IMG/VR virus record: IMGVR_UViG_3300017779_000100
Coordinates: 1 to 29,190 of that record
Source of the DNA: a virus
Taxonomy: Duplodnaviria > Caudoviricetes
Strand: one strand, 5' to 3'
DNA: 29,190 nt
This document shows positions 8,516 to 16,931 of this stretch, piece by piece; position 1 is the first letter of the stretch, and every line of letters begins with the position of its first letter. The notes under the pieces are model-generated. The model saw nothing but the letters and a program-made list of their open reading frames with translations. It did no database searches and was not told the origin of the DNA. The translations under genes and the position numbers were made by a program.

Positions 8516-8523
8516 TATATATG
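8516..8523 (-). promoter_or_regulatory. Variant late promoter CATATATA, 5 nt before the ATG (leaderless)
   Basis: CATATATA-ACTAT-ATG; no SD; shares an exact 15-mer with 765-779. Confidence 0.5.
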
Positions 8524-8524
8524 C

Positions 8525-8911
8525 TTAGCCAGTAATGCCAGCTTCGTTTAACTCTTCAATCAAAGCTGTTTTACTTTTTCTTCGATCAAGTTCAATACCG
8601 TGTTCGCGACCTAAGATTTCGAGTTGCCTCTTATTCATATCTTCGAGATCGTCATGCGTATGAGGTACGTCTCCACCTTCATGATGATGCATAGTTCCAT
8701 CTTCATGGTGGTGATGAGGTTCATCTCCGCCTTCATGAGCATGTGTTACTCCATCAGGGTGTGTATGTTCTAATGGATCGTGACCCATATACTCTTGTAT
8801 TTCAGCAGCACTTATTGATTGTGATTTTAGCAGTTCGCCCGTATGTGGATGTCTCCAACCATTAGAACTTGGTATTGCATCTGGCTTCCAGCCAGGAGGT
8901 GATATAGCCAT
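8525..8911 (-). CDS. His-repeat protein with C-terminal helix-extension-helix (Rho-N/SAP-like) motif
   Basis: HTHPDGVTHAHEGGDEP-HHHHEDGTMHHHEGGDVP-HTH, then LEDMNKRQLEILGREHGIELDRRKSKTALIEEL. Confidence 0.8.
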   Translation of the reverse strand: MAISPPGWKPDAIPSSNGWRHPHTGELLKSQSISAAEIQEYMGHDPLEHTHPDGVTHAHEGGDEPHHHHEDGTMHHHEGGDVPHTHDDLEDMNKRQLEILGREHGIELDRRKSKTALIEELNEAGITG

Positions 8912-8913
8912 AA

Positions 8914-10152
8914 TTACTCCTTATTCATTGATTTATATGCAGCCATTACAGATTCTAAAGCTGCGTTTTTAGAAGCAGCAGGATCTTTCATAGGAGTTCC
9001 AGCTGGAATAACATTAGTATCTCCTTTTGCATTATCTGCACTTCTCATTGGTGCTTTTTTGCCGACTCTCGCGGCTTTTGATGCATCATCTACTCCAAGC
9101 GCTCGAGTAGTATCGACCTTCATGTTTTGATGGTCTTTTCTCATCTTCTTGGCACCAGCACCGTGATACATATCGTCATAGGTTTCCTTAGAATCCATAT
9201 TACCATGGCTTTTTTCAACAACGCTTATAAGTTTTTCTCTTATTGACATATTTTCGTCCTTTTCTACGTGGTCCATTTTTGATCGATAGCCAGTCATAGC
9301 TCCTGTGGGATTCATGGGATCTTTGGCTCCATCCTTTTTTGTCTTTTTAAACTTAGGATCATTCATATTAGGTGTAGATGGTCGACCCATTTCTTTATCT
9401 CTTTTGGCATTAGCTTGTGCAATTCTAGCGTAGTGCGCTGGATCTTCATTGACTCCTTCATTTTTAGCCTTGTTATCGTAATAATCTTTATGTTTATTGT
9501 TGGTACGATCATATGCTGGAAGTTTATCATAGTCATGGCCATCAGCTGAAGCCATTCTCTTAGCCTTTTGTAGATTATGATAGCTATCATCTCCAGGTGT
9601 TTTACCTATTGATTCTTTTGCAGGATATGGAGGTGTGATCTTACCTTTTTTATTCTTATTAGAATAAACCATACCGTATTCTTTGACGTTTTGTTCAGTA
9701 GCAGATCCTGGATAAGTTTTATGAACAACGTTAACAGATTTAAGATGTTTAAGTTTATCTTTCACCATATTAGTGTGAGCCATCCTTTCATCTTTCGTTG
9801 CATTCTGTCCTTTTGGATGCTCAGCAGTTACAGTTGTACCATCACCACTACCGCGTACTTCTGATTGCTTTGAATGTTTTCGAACAATATCATGCGCCAT
9901 TCCAAACTCTGATTTGCCTTCTTTTGTTGTTCCCATTTTTGGATTCATAGTAGCGGTTTCGCCATTGTCCCCTTCAGGCTCGTCTTCATTTTTCTTTTTC
10001 TTCTTCTTGCCTCGAAGCATTGCAAAGTCTTTAGCATCGATGTCTCCATCTTTATCATGATCAAGTTTATGTTGATCACCTTTTAATGCTTCGTCTAACT
10101 CATCCTGGGGTTTTGTGTGGCCCAAGGATATTGGTGCAAAACTAAATGTCAT
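8914..10152 (-). CDS. Hydrophilic modular protein, putative internal head protein
   Basis: EF-hand-like DHDKDGDIDAKDF motif; low complexity; repeated LDE/VKE/VNE/VVE/ALE motifs resembling prohead protease sites; SD AAGGAG. Confidence 0.75.
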   Translation of the reverse strand: MTFSFAPISLGHTKPQDELDEALKGDQHKLDHDKDGDIDAKDFAMLRGKKKKKKNEDEPEGDNGETATMNPKMGTTKEGKSEFGMAHDIVRKHSKQSEVRGSGDGTTVTAEHPKGQNATKDERMAHTNMVKDKLKHLKSVNVVHKTYPGSATEQNVKEYGMVYSNKNKKGKITPPYPAKESIGKTPGDDSYHNLQKAKRMASADGHDYDKLPAYDRTNNKHKDYYDNKAKNEGVNEDPAHYARIAQANAKRDKEMGRPSTPNMNDPKFKKTKKDGAKDPMNPTGAMTGYRSKMDHVEKDENMSIREKLISVVEKSHGNMDSKETYDDMYHGAGAKKMRKDHQNMKVDTTRALGVDDASKAARVGKKAPMRSADNAKGDTNVIPAGTPMKDPAASKNAALESVMAAYKSMNKE

Positions 10153-10164
10153 TTGTGTTCTCCT

Positions 10165-10455
10165 TTACATCCACATGTGTGAAGCTACAGCACCAGCTGC
10201 AGCTACTATTGCTACCCAGAATAGTTTGTTAACAAGGGCGACGGTCCGGGCGTTTTCGTCTACCTTAAACTGAATATCATCCAGCTTTCCTGATAATCTA
10301 TTTATACGTTCATACATCTTATTTTGATCCGTTCGTAATGCAGTAATCTTCTCTTCAGCACGAGCCATCGATACCATTGTATCGGTCAGCTTGTCTATTT
10401 TATCCTCTATCTTATCCAAACGACTTTCCATCGTTAATTCTTGTTTTAACTCCAT
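10165..10455 (-). CDS. Coiled-coil protein with C-terminal TM anchor
   Basis: Heptad-rich RLDKIEDKIDKL...; LFWVAIVAAAGAVAS at C-terminus. Confidence 0.75.
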   Translation of the reverse strand: MELKQELTMESRLDKIEDKIDKLTDTMVSMARAEEKITALRTDQNKMYERINRLSGKLDDIQFKVDENARTVALVNKLFWVAIVAAAGAVASHMWM

Positions 10456-10886
10456 TACGCTTTACCTTCTGCTATTAATCTTTCTCTATTTTTTAAGTGA
10501 GCAGTACTAACATCATCTTTGTTTTGTCCTTCATATTTTACTCCGTAACCATCTGCAATCATCATATCAGTGAGATGTCTTTCGCTATCCGTGTTTGCAT
10601 CATATACAGCGAAATCTCCTAGTATTCTACCAAATTTTCCTTTGGCGTCGTATGACTTACATACCATCTTTGCATTGTTACCAACTGGTAAACAGGACTT
10701 CACGTACTCCTTTGATAATAATCCAAACTTCTTCTCTTCTAAGTCTCTAGTTCTGGACTCTGGCGTATCGATTCCCATCATTCGAACTCGTTCTTTGTGT
10801 AACCAAACACCAAAGCCCAGATCTATGTCCACGTCGACAGTGTCGCCGTCAATAACTCTTAATATTTTAACATTATATTCGTACAT
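10455..10886 (-). CDS. Thermonuclease (staphylococcal nuclease-like) family protein
   Basis: VIDGDT, RMMGIDTPE and GKFGRILG catalytic motifs. Confidence 0.9.
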   Translation of the reverse strand: MYEYNVKILRVIDGDTVDVDIDLGFGVWLHKERVRMMGIDTPESRTRDLEEKKFGLLSKEYVKSCLPVGNNAKMVCKSYDAKGKFGRILGDFAVYDANTDSERHLTDMMIADGYGVKYEGQNKDDVSTAHLKNRERLIAEGKA

Positions 10887-10897
10887 AATTACTTAAT

Positions 10898-11137
10898 CTA
10901 GCTATCCTTTCGTTGCCAAATTGCCCATAAAATCCATATCGCGATTAAGCCCATGATGCCTTGTGATCCAAGACTTGCTAACATCGCTGATACGTTATCA
11001 ACAACACTGAGGTTTTGTGGCATAAATGGCATATTGCCTAACCCTAAAACTTCAAGTATAATTGCGAGTGCGGCTAAACTTACACCGACTTCTGCCAGTG
11101 CAGCCGCCCACCCTTTTATTTTATTAAGTACTTCCAT
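10898..11137 (-). CDS. Small two-TM membrane protein (holin-like possible)
   Basis: Two hydrophobic helices, charged C-terminus RKDS; strong SD AAGGAGG. Confidence 0.75.
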   Translation of the reverse strand: MEVLNKIKGWAAALAEVGVSLAALAIILEVLGLGNMPFMPQNLSVVDNVSAMLASLGSQGIMGLIAIWILWAIWQRKDS

Positions 11138-11174
11138 ACTTCCTCCTTGGTTAAATTTCGGGGAACGCTAAACC

Positions 11175-11420
11175 CTACTGATTAATTCCTGCTGCTCGTT
11201 GTGCATCTTTTCTTTTTCTTTCTATATCGTATTGCATTCTAAGTTTTTGAGCCAAACCTTTTTCACCTCTTTCTTCTGCAGATCTTGCAGCTCTACTTAA
11301 TCCTGCAAGATTAGGACTACCAATCGCTTCCTTTTGTGATTGGCCTGGTGTTACCTTCTTCATATACTTAACTGACTCTGGTGTTCCATAGTCCATATGA
11401 TATTCTCTAAAGGTCTTCAT
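11175..11420 (-). CDS. Small protein with capsid-targeting-like start
   Basis: MKTFREY resembles T4 IP MKTYQEF; GTPESVKYMKKVTPGQ module. Confidence 0.7.
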   Translation of the reverse strand: MKTFREYHMDYGTPESVKYMKKVTPGQSQKEAIGSPNLAGLSRAARSAEERGEKGLAQKLRMQYDIERKRKDAQRAAGINQ

Positions 11421-12673
11421 TCGTCTTCGTCTCTTCCAGATACAATGTCTCTATACATCATCTTCACTTTTGACTTAGGTATACGCTCAACACCTTGTAC
11501 CATCGATGGTTGCTTTACTATCTTTCGAAGTTGACCTTTGATTTCTCCGGGGCTTTTACCCATCATAATCATATCAGGTAAACCTTCGATAGACACCTTA
11601 AACATCATACCTGATTCATTGCCTGTAACCATCTTTGCCTCTCTTACTCCTACTCCGCCAACATTATCTCTACCAGAACCTGACTTACGCATCTTCATTT
11701 GACGTGCATCTTTTTCTTTCTTGCGCTTTAACCTTTCAGCAGGACTTGGTCTATCTGGCGAATCAAGTTTATCTCGACTTACTGGAACAAAGTCATAATT
11801 TTGTTTTTTCTTGACACCTCTTTCAATTTCATGTCCTCCATAACCACCGACGGCTCGTCGTTCTATATCTTTATCTCGTACTGGTGCACCACCAGCCGGA
11901 TAAGATTTAGAATGATCATCAGCATCTTTGGCTATCTTTGCTTTCATTGCACCAGATGGATCTTTTCCTCGATTTCTACCCATATCTCGCATTATTCTTT
12001 GCTTCTGAGTATACTTTTCTCTTACATCTCTAAGTGTTCTCATATTTCTTCCTTCTCCCATGTGTAGTGCTACGACTGGAACTGATAGCGCGGTACCGAT
12101 TGCACCACCTATGGCAGCACGCTTGTAAAACTTTTTCCTTGTCTCTTTACGTTTTTCTTTAGCTTTCTTTGCTTTGTCTGCAGCGTCATCATCATCTTTC
12201 TTCTTTTGTTTAGCAGCGTCATCGGCTTTTGCCTTTTTCACAAAAGCACCTTGCTGTTTAATATTCGTCAACCTATCCCTATTCTTCATTGCTTGTGAAG
12301 AAGTTGGTCCTGATCCTTGTGCTGTGGTAGCTACAGTAGTCGGGGTAGTTTTACCTCCAGTAGTAGATGGTCCAATAATTGTTGGTTCTTTTACTGGTGT
12401 TGCTTTAGTCTTCTTGGCCGTTGAAGCTGCTGCTTTCTTTTGATCGGCTTTTCTTTTAGCCATAGTTGTCTTATAGTTTTGTGCACTATAAGGAGCAGAA
12501 GATTGTGTCTTTACTGCACCACCAGCTGGAGCTTGAGCTGATGCTCTCTTAGCTCGATCCTGTGCATCCTTACTGTCTTTTTGTGACAGTCTAAAGTTCT
12601 TTAGCGTCTGACCAGATTTTTTAGTCGTAGCTACTTTTTGTTTAAGTTTGGGTTTAGGTGCTTCGTTTATCAT
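11417..12673 (-). CDS. Large Lys/Ala-rich modular protein, putative internal head protein
   Basis: Basic low-complexity N-half, hydrophobic AAIGGAIGTALSVPVVAL, internal MRTLRDVRE, small globular C-terminal domain. Confidence 0.75.
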   Translation of the reverse strand: MINEAPKPKLKQKVATTKKSGQTLKNFRLSQKDSKDAQDRAKRASAQAPAGGAVKTQSSAPYSAQNYKTTMAKRKADQKKAAASTAKKTKATPVKEPTIIGPSTTGGKTTPTTVATTAQGSGPTSSQAMKNRDRLTNIKQQGAFVKKAKADDAAKQKKKDDDDAADKAKKAKEKRKETRKKFYKRAAIGGAIGTALSVPVVALHMGEGRNMRTLRDVREKYTQKQRIMRDMGRNRGKDPSGAMKAKIAKDADDHSKSYPAGGAPVRDKDIERRAVGGYGGHEIERGVKKKQNYDFVPVSRDKLDSPDRPSPAERLKRKKEKDARQMKMRKSGSGRDNVGGVGVREAKMVTGNESGMMFKVSIEGLPDMIMMGKSPGEIKGQLRKIVKQPSMVQGVERIPKSKVKMMYRDIVSGRDEDE

Positions 12674-15474
12674 TTTTTTACATGAACTTGTGGCATCATC
12701 TTAGCACCACGTGGTCCATAACCTCCGTATTTTTTACTTAATTTTTTCATAGCACGCTTCTCATCTTTTTGATCAACATGTAACTTACCGCCTGACCAAT
12801 GATGATCGATGTCATGTTTATTCATAAACTTTGATACGTCTGCTTCATAACCTTCAAGAAGACCTAATCGAATACCTAAGTATTCTGCCTCTTCGTCACC
12901 ATGCTTGAGTCTATCACTAAGCCAGTTTTCGATCATTGTTCGAGCATCAGTGTTTGGATCTTTCTTAGCTTCAGCAACAAATATCCTGTGTAAGTTATCA
13001 GATCCAATTGGAATGTTATCGATAGCATTCTCAGCATTTTCTCCTAAGATAATAGGTCTCTTCATCATGTTTCTAAGGACAACCATCTCTCTACTCGTTG
13101 GCATATACCAAGTTGATTCTTTTGTAGTAGGAACTTCATTAACTGATTCATTATTTACCATGTGCTTCATACTGTCGTGAGTCAGTGTAGAACCTCTTCT
13201 TTCGCCATGTGCTACCTCAGAATGACGAACCAGCGGGTGAGTGTGGGCGCTCCCGGTCCGGCTTGTCATTTCCAAATGTTTATACATGTCTCCGTTATTA
13301 GCTTTAGCAGATAATTTATGTGCTTTAAAAGAAAGTTTCTGATCAATTTTATCGTTTTTCTTACTCACGGCGTGAGCAGCATCATAATGCGCAGCTGCGG
13401 CCTGTTTATGGTTTAAAGCCTTTGTTAGATTTTTGTCATTTGATTTAGACATATGGTATGAAGCTATTTCGTCATGGCCGTTTTGGTTTTTAGCTGGATC
13501 TCTTCTGTCTTCGGGGTGCATATGCTTATCCATATTAAGATAACGGTTCTTATGGTATTCCTTTGCTACATCGCCTCGAGTTATTCGACCTTCTCCTGCT
13601 TGTTCTTTTTGATAAGCTTTAGGCAACTCATGAGGTAATTTGCCACGCATAGTTGAGCGTTTTACTTCATCTTTCCTAACACTCGGCGAGCCAAGACTCA
13701 TTGCTACTTCGCCTCTAGCAGCTTGCCTATTTAGAGCTGAACCTATCCCCTTGTGTCTCTTTCTCATCTTATCTATTGTTTCAGGTTTTTGTGCACGGGT
13801 TTCATATGGACGAGGAGTATTACGTCTATAATACGGCATTGCTTTATCAAGATATTTTTTTACAGCATCCGAAGAGATTTCATTTACTGCATTTTCATTT
13901 GTTGAAAATTTTCCACTTAACTTTATAGGACTATTCTTTGCAAAGTCTTTTTTATACTTAGCCGTTTGTCTTTCAGGATATTTTTTTCTTGTCGCAGGGT
14001 TTTCTGCATCTGGATGACCTTTTGGAAGTGAATAAGCTATTCCTGTAGGACCACGACCTTTTTCTTCATATCTAACAACTTGACTTTGTCGACCGACTTT
14101 AGTAGGTTCCTTTTCTTTCTTTTTCAACATATCCATACCTGGCAAAGTAACTGGCTTTTTAGCTCTTTTATCTAGAGCTGTAAGCGCTCGTCTCTGCACC
14201 TTCGTAAGGTTAGCTTGTGGATGCGGATGTATCTTATCAGATTTTATATAACCTTCATCAGTCTTCTTATTCATGCGGTTCGACTCCTTTGTTGTTGTGT
14301 CGTTGTACATTGTTCTTCCAGCTTTTGCGTCTTTGACTTTGTCAGTTTCTTTATGATAGACATCAAACTTTCCGCCGTGTATTTTGGCTAACTTCTTAAG
14401 TTTAAATCCTTGTGGAGCAGGATCTCCTGCAGGTACTTTTTTAACCATCATTCCTTGACCCATAGTCATTTCTTCCATGTCTCTAAAAAGTGGATGTGCC
14501 CTGTTTAAAAGTTTATCCTTCATTTTAGTTAACATACCTCTTTTTGGCGGTACTATAGCATCTTTAAAAGCTTGTCCTCTTTTCTTATGATGTTTTAATG
14601 CAGCTGCCGTTGAACCGTGATGAGTCAGCCCTGCTTTTGTCCTGATTCTCCTCGCTTGCATGATCTTTTTAGCTTTCTTTTCGCCATGTACACCCTTCAA
14701 TATGTGAGCACTTGCAGTATCATCTATGTCTCGCAATTTAGACTTTCTGGTTCGTTTTGTTCCATAAGGTCCAGTACTCGGTCCTCCTAAACCAGGAGCT
14801 CCAATAAAGTTAATCGATTCATTTGTGGCTTTCTTTTCTTTATCAAGCATTTGCCTAATTTTTAGAAGTTTATTCTTATCTGAAGGCGTCATCATCTTCT
14901 TTTTCATCTTATCTGCTTCTTCTTCATCTCTTTTCCTTTGATTCATTCTTTGAGTAGCCGAAGCTTGAGCTTGCATTCTTCCTAACATCATTGGATCCAT
15001 GGCCTCTGTCTTTTTCTTATACAACTCGCCTCTGATATTTTTGATTGCTTGATTCTTAGCAGTTTTTATACCTTTTTCACGTCTCTTAATTCTTCGAAGT
15101 TCAATAGAATGATCATGACGAGTTCCGTCTGCTTCTTTTCCTCTAAGGATCTTACCAACGGCTGAACTCTTTGCACGTTCTATATCCGTCTTAGCGTCAT
15201 CATAGTATTTGTTTCTCTTAGTAACCGAGATCTCGTCAAGTGATTTCATTTTCTTTTGTATCTTCTTCATCTTAAGATCCCTTTTTGCTTGGTCTAATGA
15301 TACTTGAGTGACTCTCTTGACTGTACCTTCTTTCATATCATCTTTTGCTTGTAGATATGCAGCTACAGCTTGGTCTCGTCTTTGTTCTTTCGACTTACCT
15401 TTAAACTGTGGTGCATCTGACTTTTGAAAGTCTTTTATATAAGCTTTAATTCCCATACTTGGTTTCAACGGCAT
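12670..15474 (-). CDS. 934-aa basic modular protein, putative processed internal head polyprotein
   Basis: DFQKSDAPQFKGKSKE module; two EIS...KY...KRxKGI repeats; modules separated by xxE motifs. Confidence 0.8.
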   Translation of the reverse strand: MPLKPSMGIKAYIKDFQKSDAPQFKGKSKEQRRDQAVAAYLQAKDDMKEGTVKRVTQVSLDQAKRDLKMKKIQKKMKSLDEISVTKRNKYYDDAKTDIERAKSSAVGKILRGKEADGTRHDHSIELRRIKRREKGIKTAKNQAIKNIRGELYKKKTEAMDPMMLGRMQAQASATQRMNQRKRDEEEADKMKKKMMTPSDKNKLLKIRQMLDKEKKATNESINFIGAPGLGGPSTGPYGTKRTRKSKLRDIDDTASAHILKGVHGEKKAKKIMQARRIRTKAGLTHHGSTAAALKHHKKRGQAFKDAIVPPKRGMLTKMKDKLLNRAHPLFRDMEEMTMGQGMMVKKVPAGDPAPQGFKLKKLAKIHGGKFDVYHKETDKVKDAKAGRTMYNDTTTKESNRMNKKTDEGYIKSDKIHPHPQANLTKVQRRALTALDKRAKKPVTLPGMDMLKKKEKEPTKVGRQSQVVRYEEKGRGPTGIAYSLPKGHPDAENPATRKKYPERQTAKYKKDFAKNSPIKLSGKFSTNENAVNEISSDAVKKYLDKAMPYYRRNTPRPYETRAQKPETIDKMRKRHKGIGSALNRQAARGEVAMSLGSPSVRKDEVKRSTMRGKLPHELPKAYQKEQAGEGRITRGDVAKEYHKNRYLNMDKHMHPEDRRDPAKNQNGHDEIASYHMSKSNDKNLTKALNHKQAAAAHYDAAHAVSKKNDKIDQKLSFKAHKLSAKANNGDMYKHLEMTSRTGSAHTHPLVRHSEVAHGERRGSTLTHDSMKHMVNNESVNEVPTTKESTWYMPTSREMVVLRNMMKRPIILGENAENAIDNIPIGSDNLHRIFVAEAKKDPNTDARTMIENWLSDRLKHGDEEAEYLGIRLGLLEGYEADVSKFMNKHDIDHHWSGGKLHVDQKDEKRAMKKLSKKYGGYGPRGAKMMPQVHVKK

Positions 15475-15483
15475 ATCTTTCTC

Positions 15484-16470
15484 CTACATGTCCATTCGCA
15501 TTTGTCTAAGTTTGCTATTAAGATCTTTTTTCTTTGCTGTACTCATTAATCGAGCCTTCTCTCTTGCATGTCGTATTTCTAATCTATCAATCTTTTTAGA
15601 AGCTCTGTCTTGAGCCATCTTCTCGCTAAATGATTGTAACTTTATGCTTGTATTGGCTAATTCAACAGCGTCTAACCAATATCTGTTTTGTCTTCCTTCG
15701 CTTTCAACAATAACGTAATTAGAACCTTTAAAGGTTATGACTCCTCTGTCACCGCTTTCTTTTACTATGACTTTATCACCAGCGTTAAATATCTTTCCTT
15801 CTACGTATTCTTCTCTTCTGTCAGATACTTTTGCTAGAGATACATGATTCTTAAATTCTTTTTGTTCTTTTAGACCCATACCAGATCTAACAGAGTTATA
15901 TAACTTCTTTGCTTCTAAATTAGATACACTTCTTGGTAAACCTTGAGAGAAAGATGTGAAGTCTTTTTCCATTACAGCTTGTCGCATCTTCGAAGCTGAC
16001 ATTCCTTTTGCGCCATCAGCATCAGGATCTCTGTCTCCTGCTGATACGATGTTTATACTCTCGAAGTTATAGAAACCGTGTCTACCCTTTTTACCGTTAT
16101 ACTTATTAAGTAAAGCGTTAAACTCGTTGATTCTATCAGATCCCACAACCATAGAAACCCTTTTAAAACCTTCGTTGTATAACTTAGTGGCTGCATCGAA
16201 TACTGTCTTAACTTTCATATCAGACATGATTTGACGAGCATGCTTTGGAAACATCTTCCTCGCATACTTTACTTTTTCGTTAAATGTAAGTGGATTCTTC
16301 TTTGCATCTTGTGATTGCGATAGATAAACTCTATATGGGTTTTTACCAGATTTTTCTGATAGTTTAGCCATTAATTTTTCATGACCAATAGTTGGCGGGT
16401 TCATTCTACCAAACGTAAAATAAACTGTACGCTCTTCTTCAACAAGAAATGACTTAAACGAATTTATCAT
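15484..16470 (-). CDS. Cytidylyltransferase-like (HIGH superfamily) nucleotidyltransferase
   Basis: FGRMNPPTIGH, VVGSDR, GMSASKMR; N-terminal SFKSFLVEE; C-terminal SH3/KOW-like segment. Confidence 0.88.
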   Translation of the reverse strand: MINSFKSFLVEEERTVYFTFGRMNPPTIGHEKLMAKLSEKSGKNPYRVYLSQSQDAKKNPLTFNEKVKYARKMFPKHARQIMSDMKVKTVFDAATKLYNEGFKRVSMVVGSDRINEFNALLNKYNGKKGRHGFYNFESINIVSAGDRDPDADGAKGMSASKMRQAVMEKDFTSFSQGLPRSVSNLEAKKLYNSVRSGMGLKEQKEFKNHVSLAKVSDRREEYVEGKIFNAGDKVIVKESGDRGVITFKGSNYVIVESEGRQNRYWLDAVELANTSIKLQSFSEKMAQDRASKKIDRLEIRHAREKARLMSTAKKKDLNSKLRQMRMDM

Positions 16471-16931
16471 TTTTTCTTTCTCGCTATTTCTTGTCTACGC
16501 TTACTTGGCATCAATCTTTTTTGCTTGATGTCGATCCTTCTTTTAAACGCGTTATTATCAAGTCTTCTTTCTATAGAAGCTTTGATAGCATCACTCATAT
16601 CAGCCTTCTTCTTACCTTTGAGTAGTTTAGCTTCAAACTCTTTACGAGCTGAACGACGAGATCTCTTCTTCAATACAGGATCCCGTGCCATTTTTCTTTT
16701 GGCTCTTTTTCTAGCGATTTTAAGTTGAGTTTTTCTACGTCGAGCATCTCTAGCTTTTTTTCTACGGCCTGAGATACTAAGTAATTCATCGAGAGATATA
16801 CGTGTATCTTCTGAATAATCTACATCGCAATCTAATCTTTTTCTTCTATACGCTCTATAATTGACAAGATCATCACCATCTTGTGTGTAATCTACTGTCA
16901 CAAAATCTTTGAACGATAATGGCTTTACCAT
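16467..16931 (-). CDS. Arg/Lys-rich basic protein, putative DNA-binding internal protein
   Basis: LSFKDF near N-terminus; acidic leader ending LDE then very basic body. Confidence 0.75.
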   Translation of the reverse strand: MVKPLSFKDFVTVDYTQDGDDLVNYRAYRRKRLDCDVDYSEDTRISLDELLSISGRRKKARDARRRKTQLKIARKRAKRKMARDPVLKKRSRRSARKEFEAKLLKGKKKADMSDAIKASIERRLDNNAFKRRIDIKQKRLMPSKRRQEIARKKK

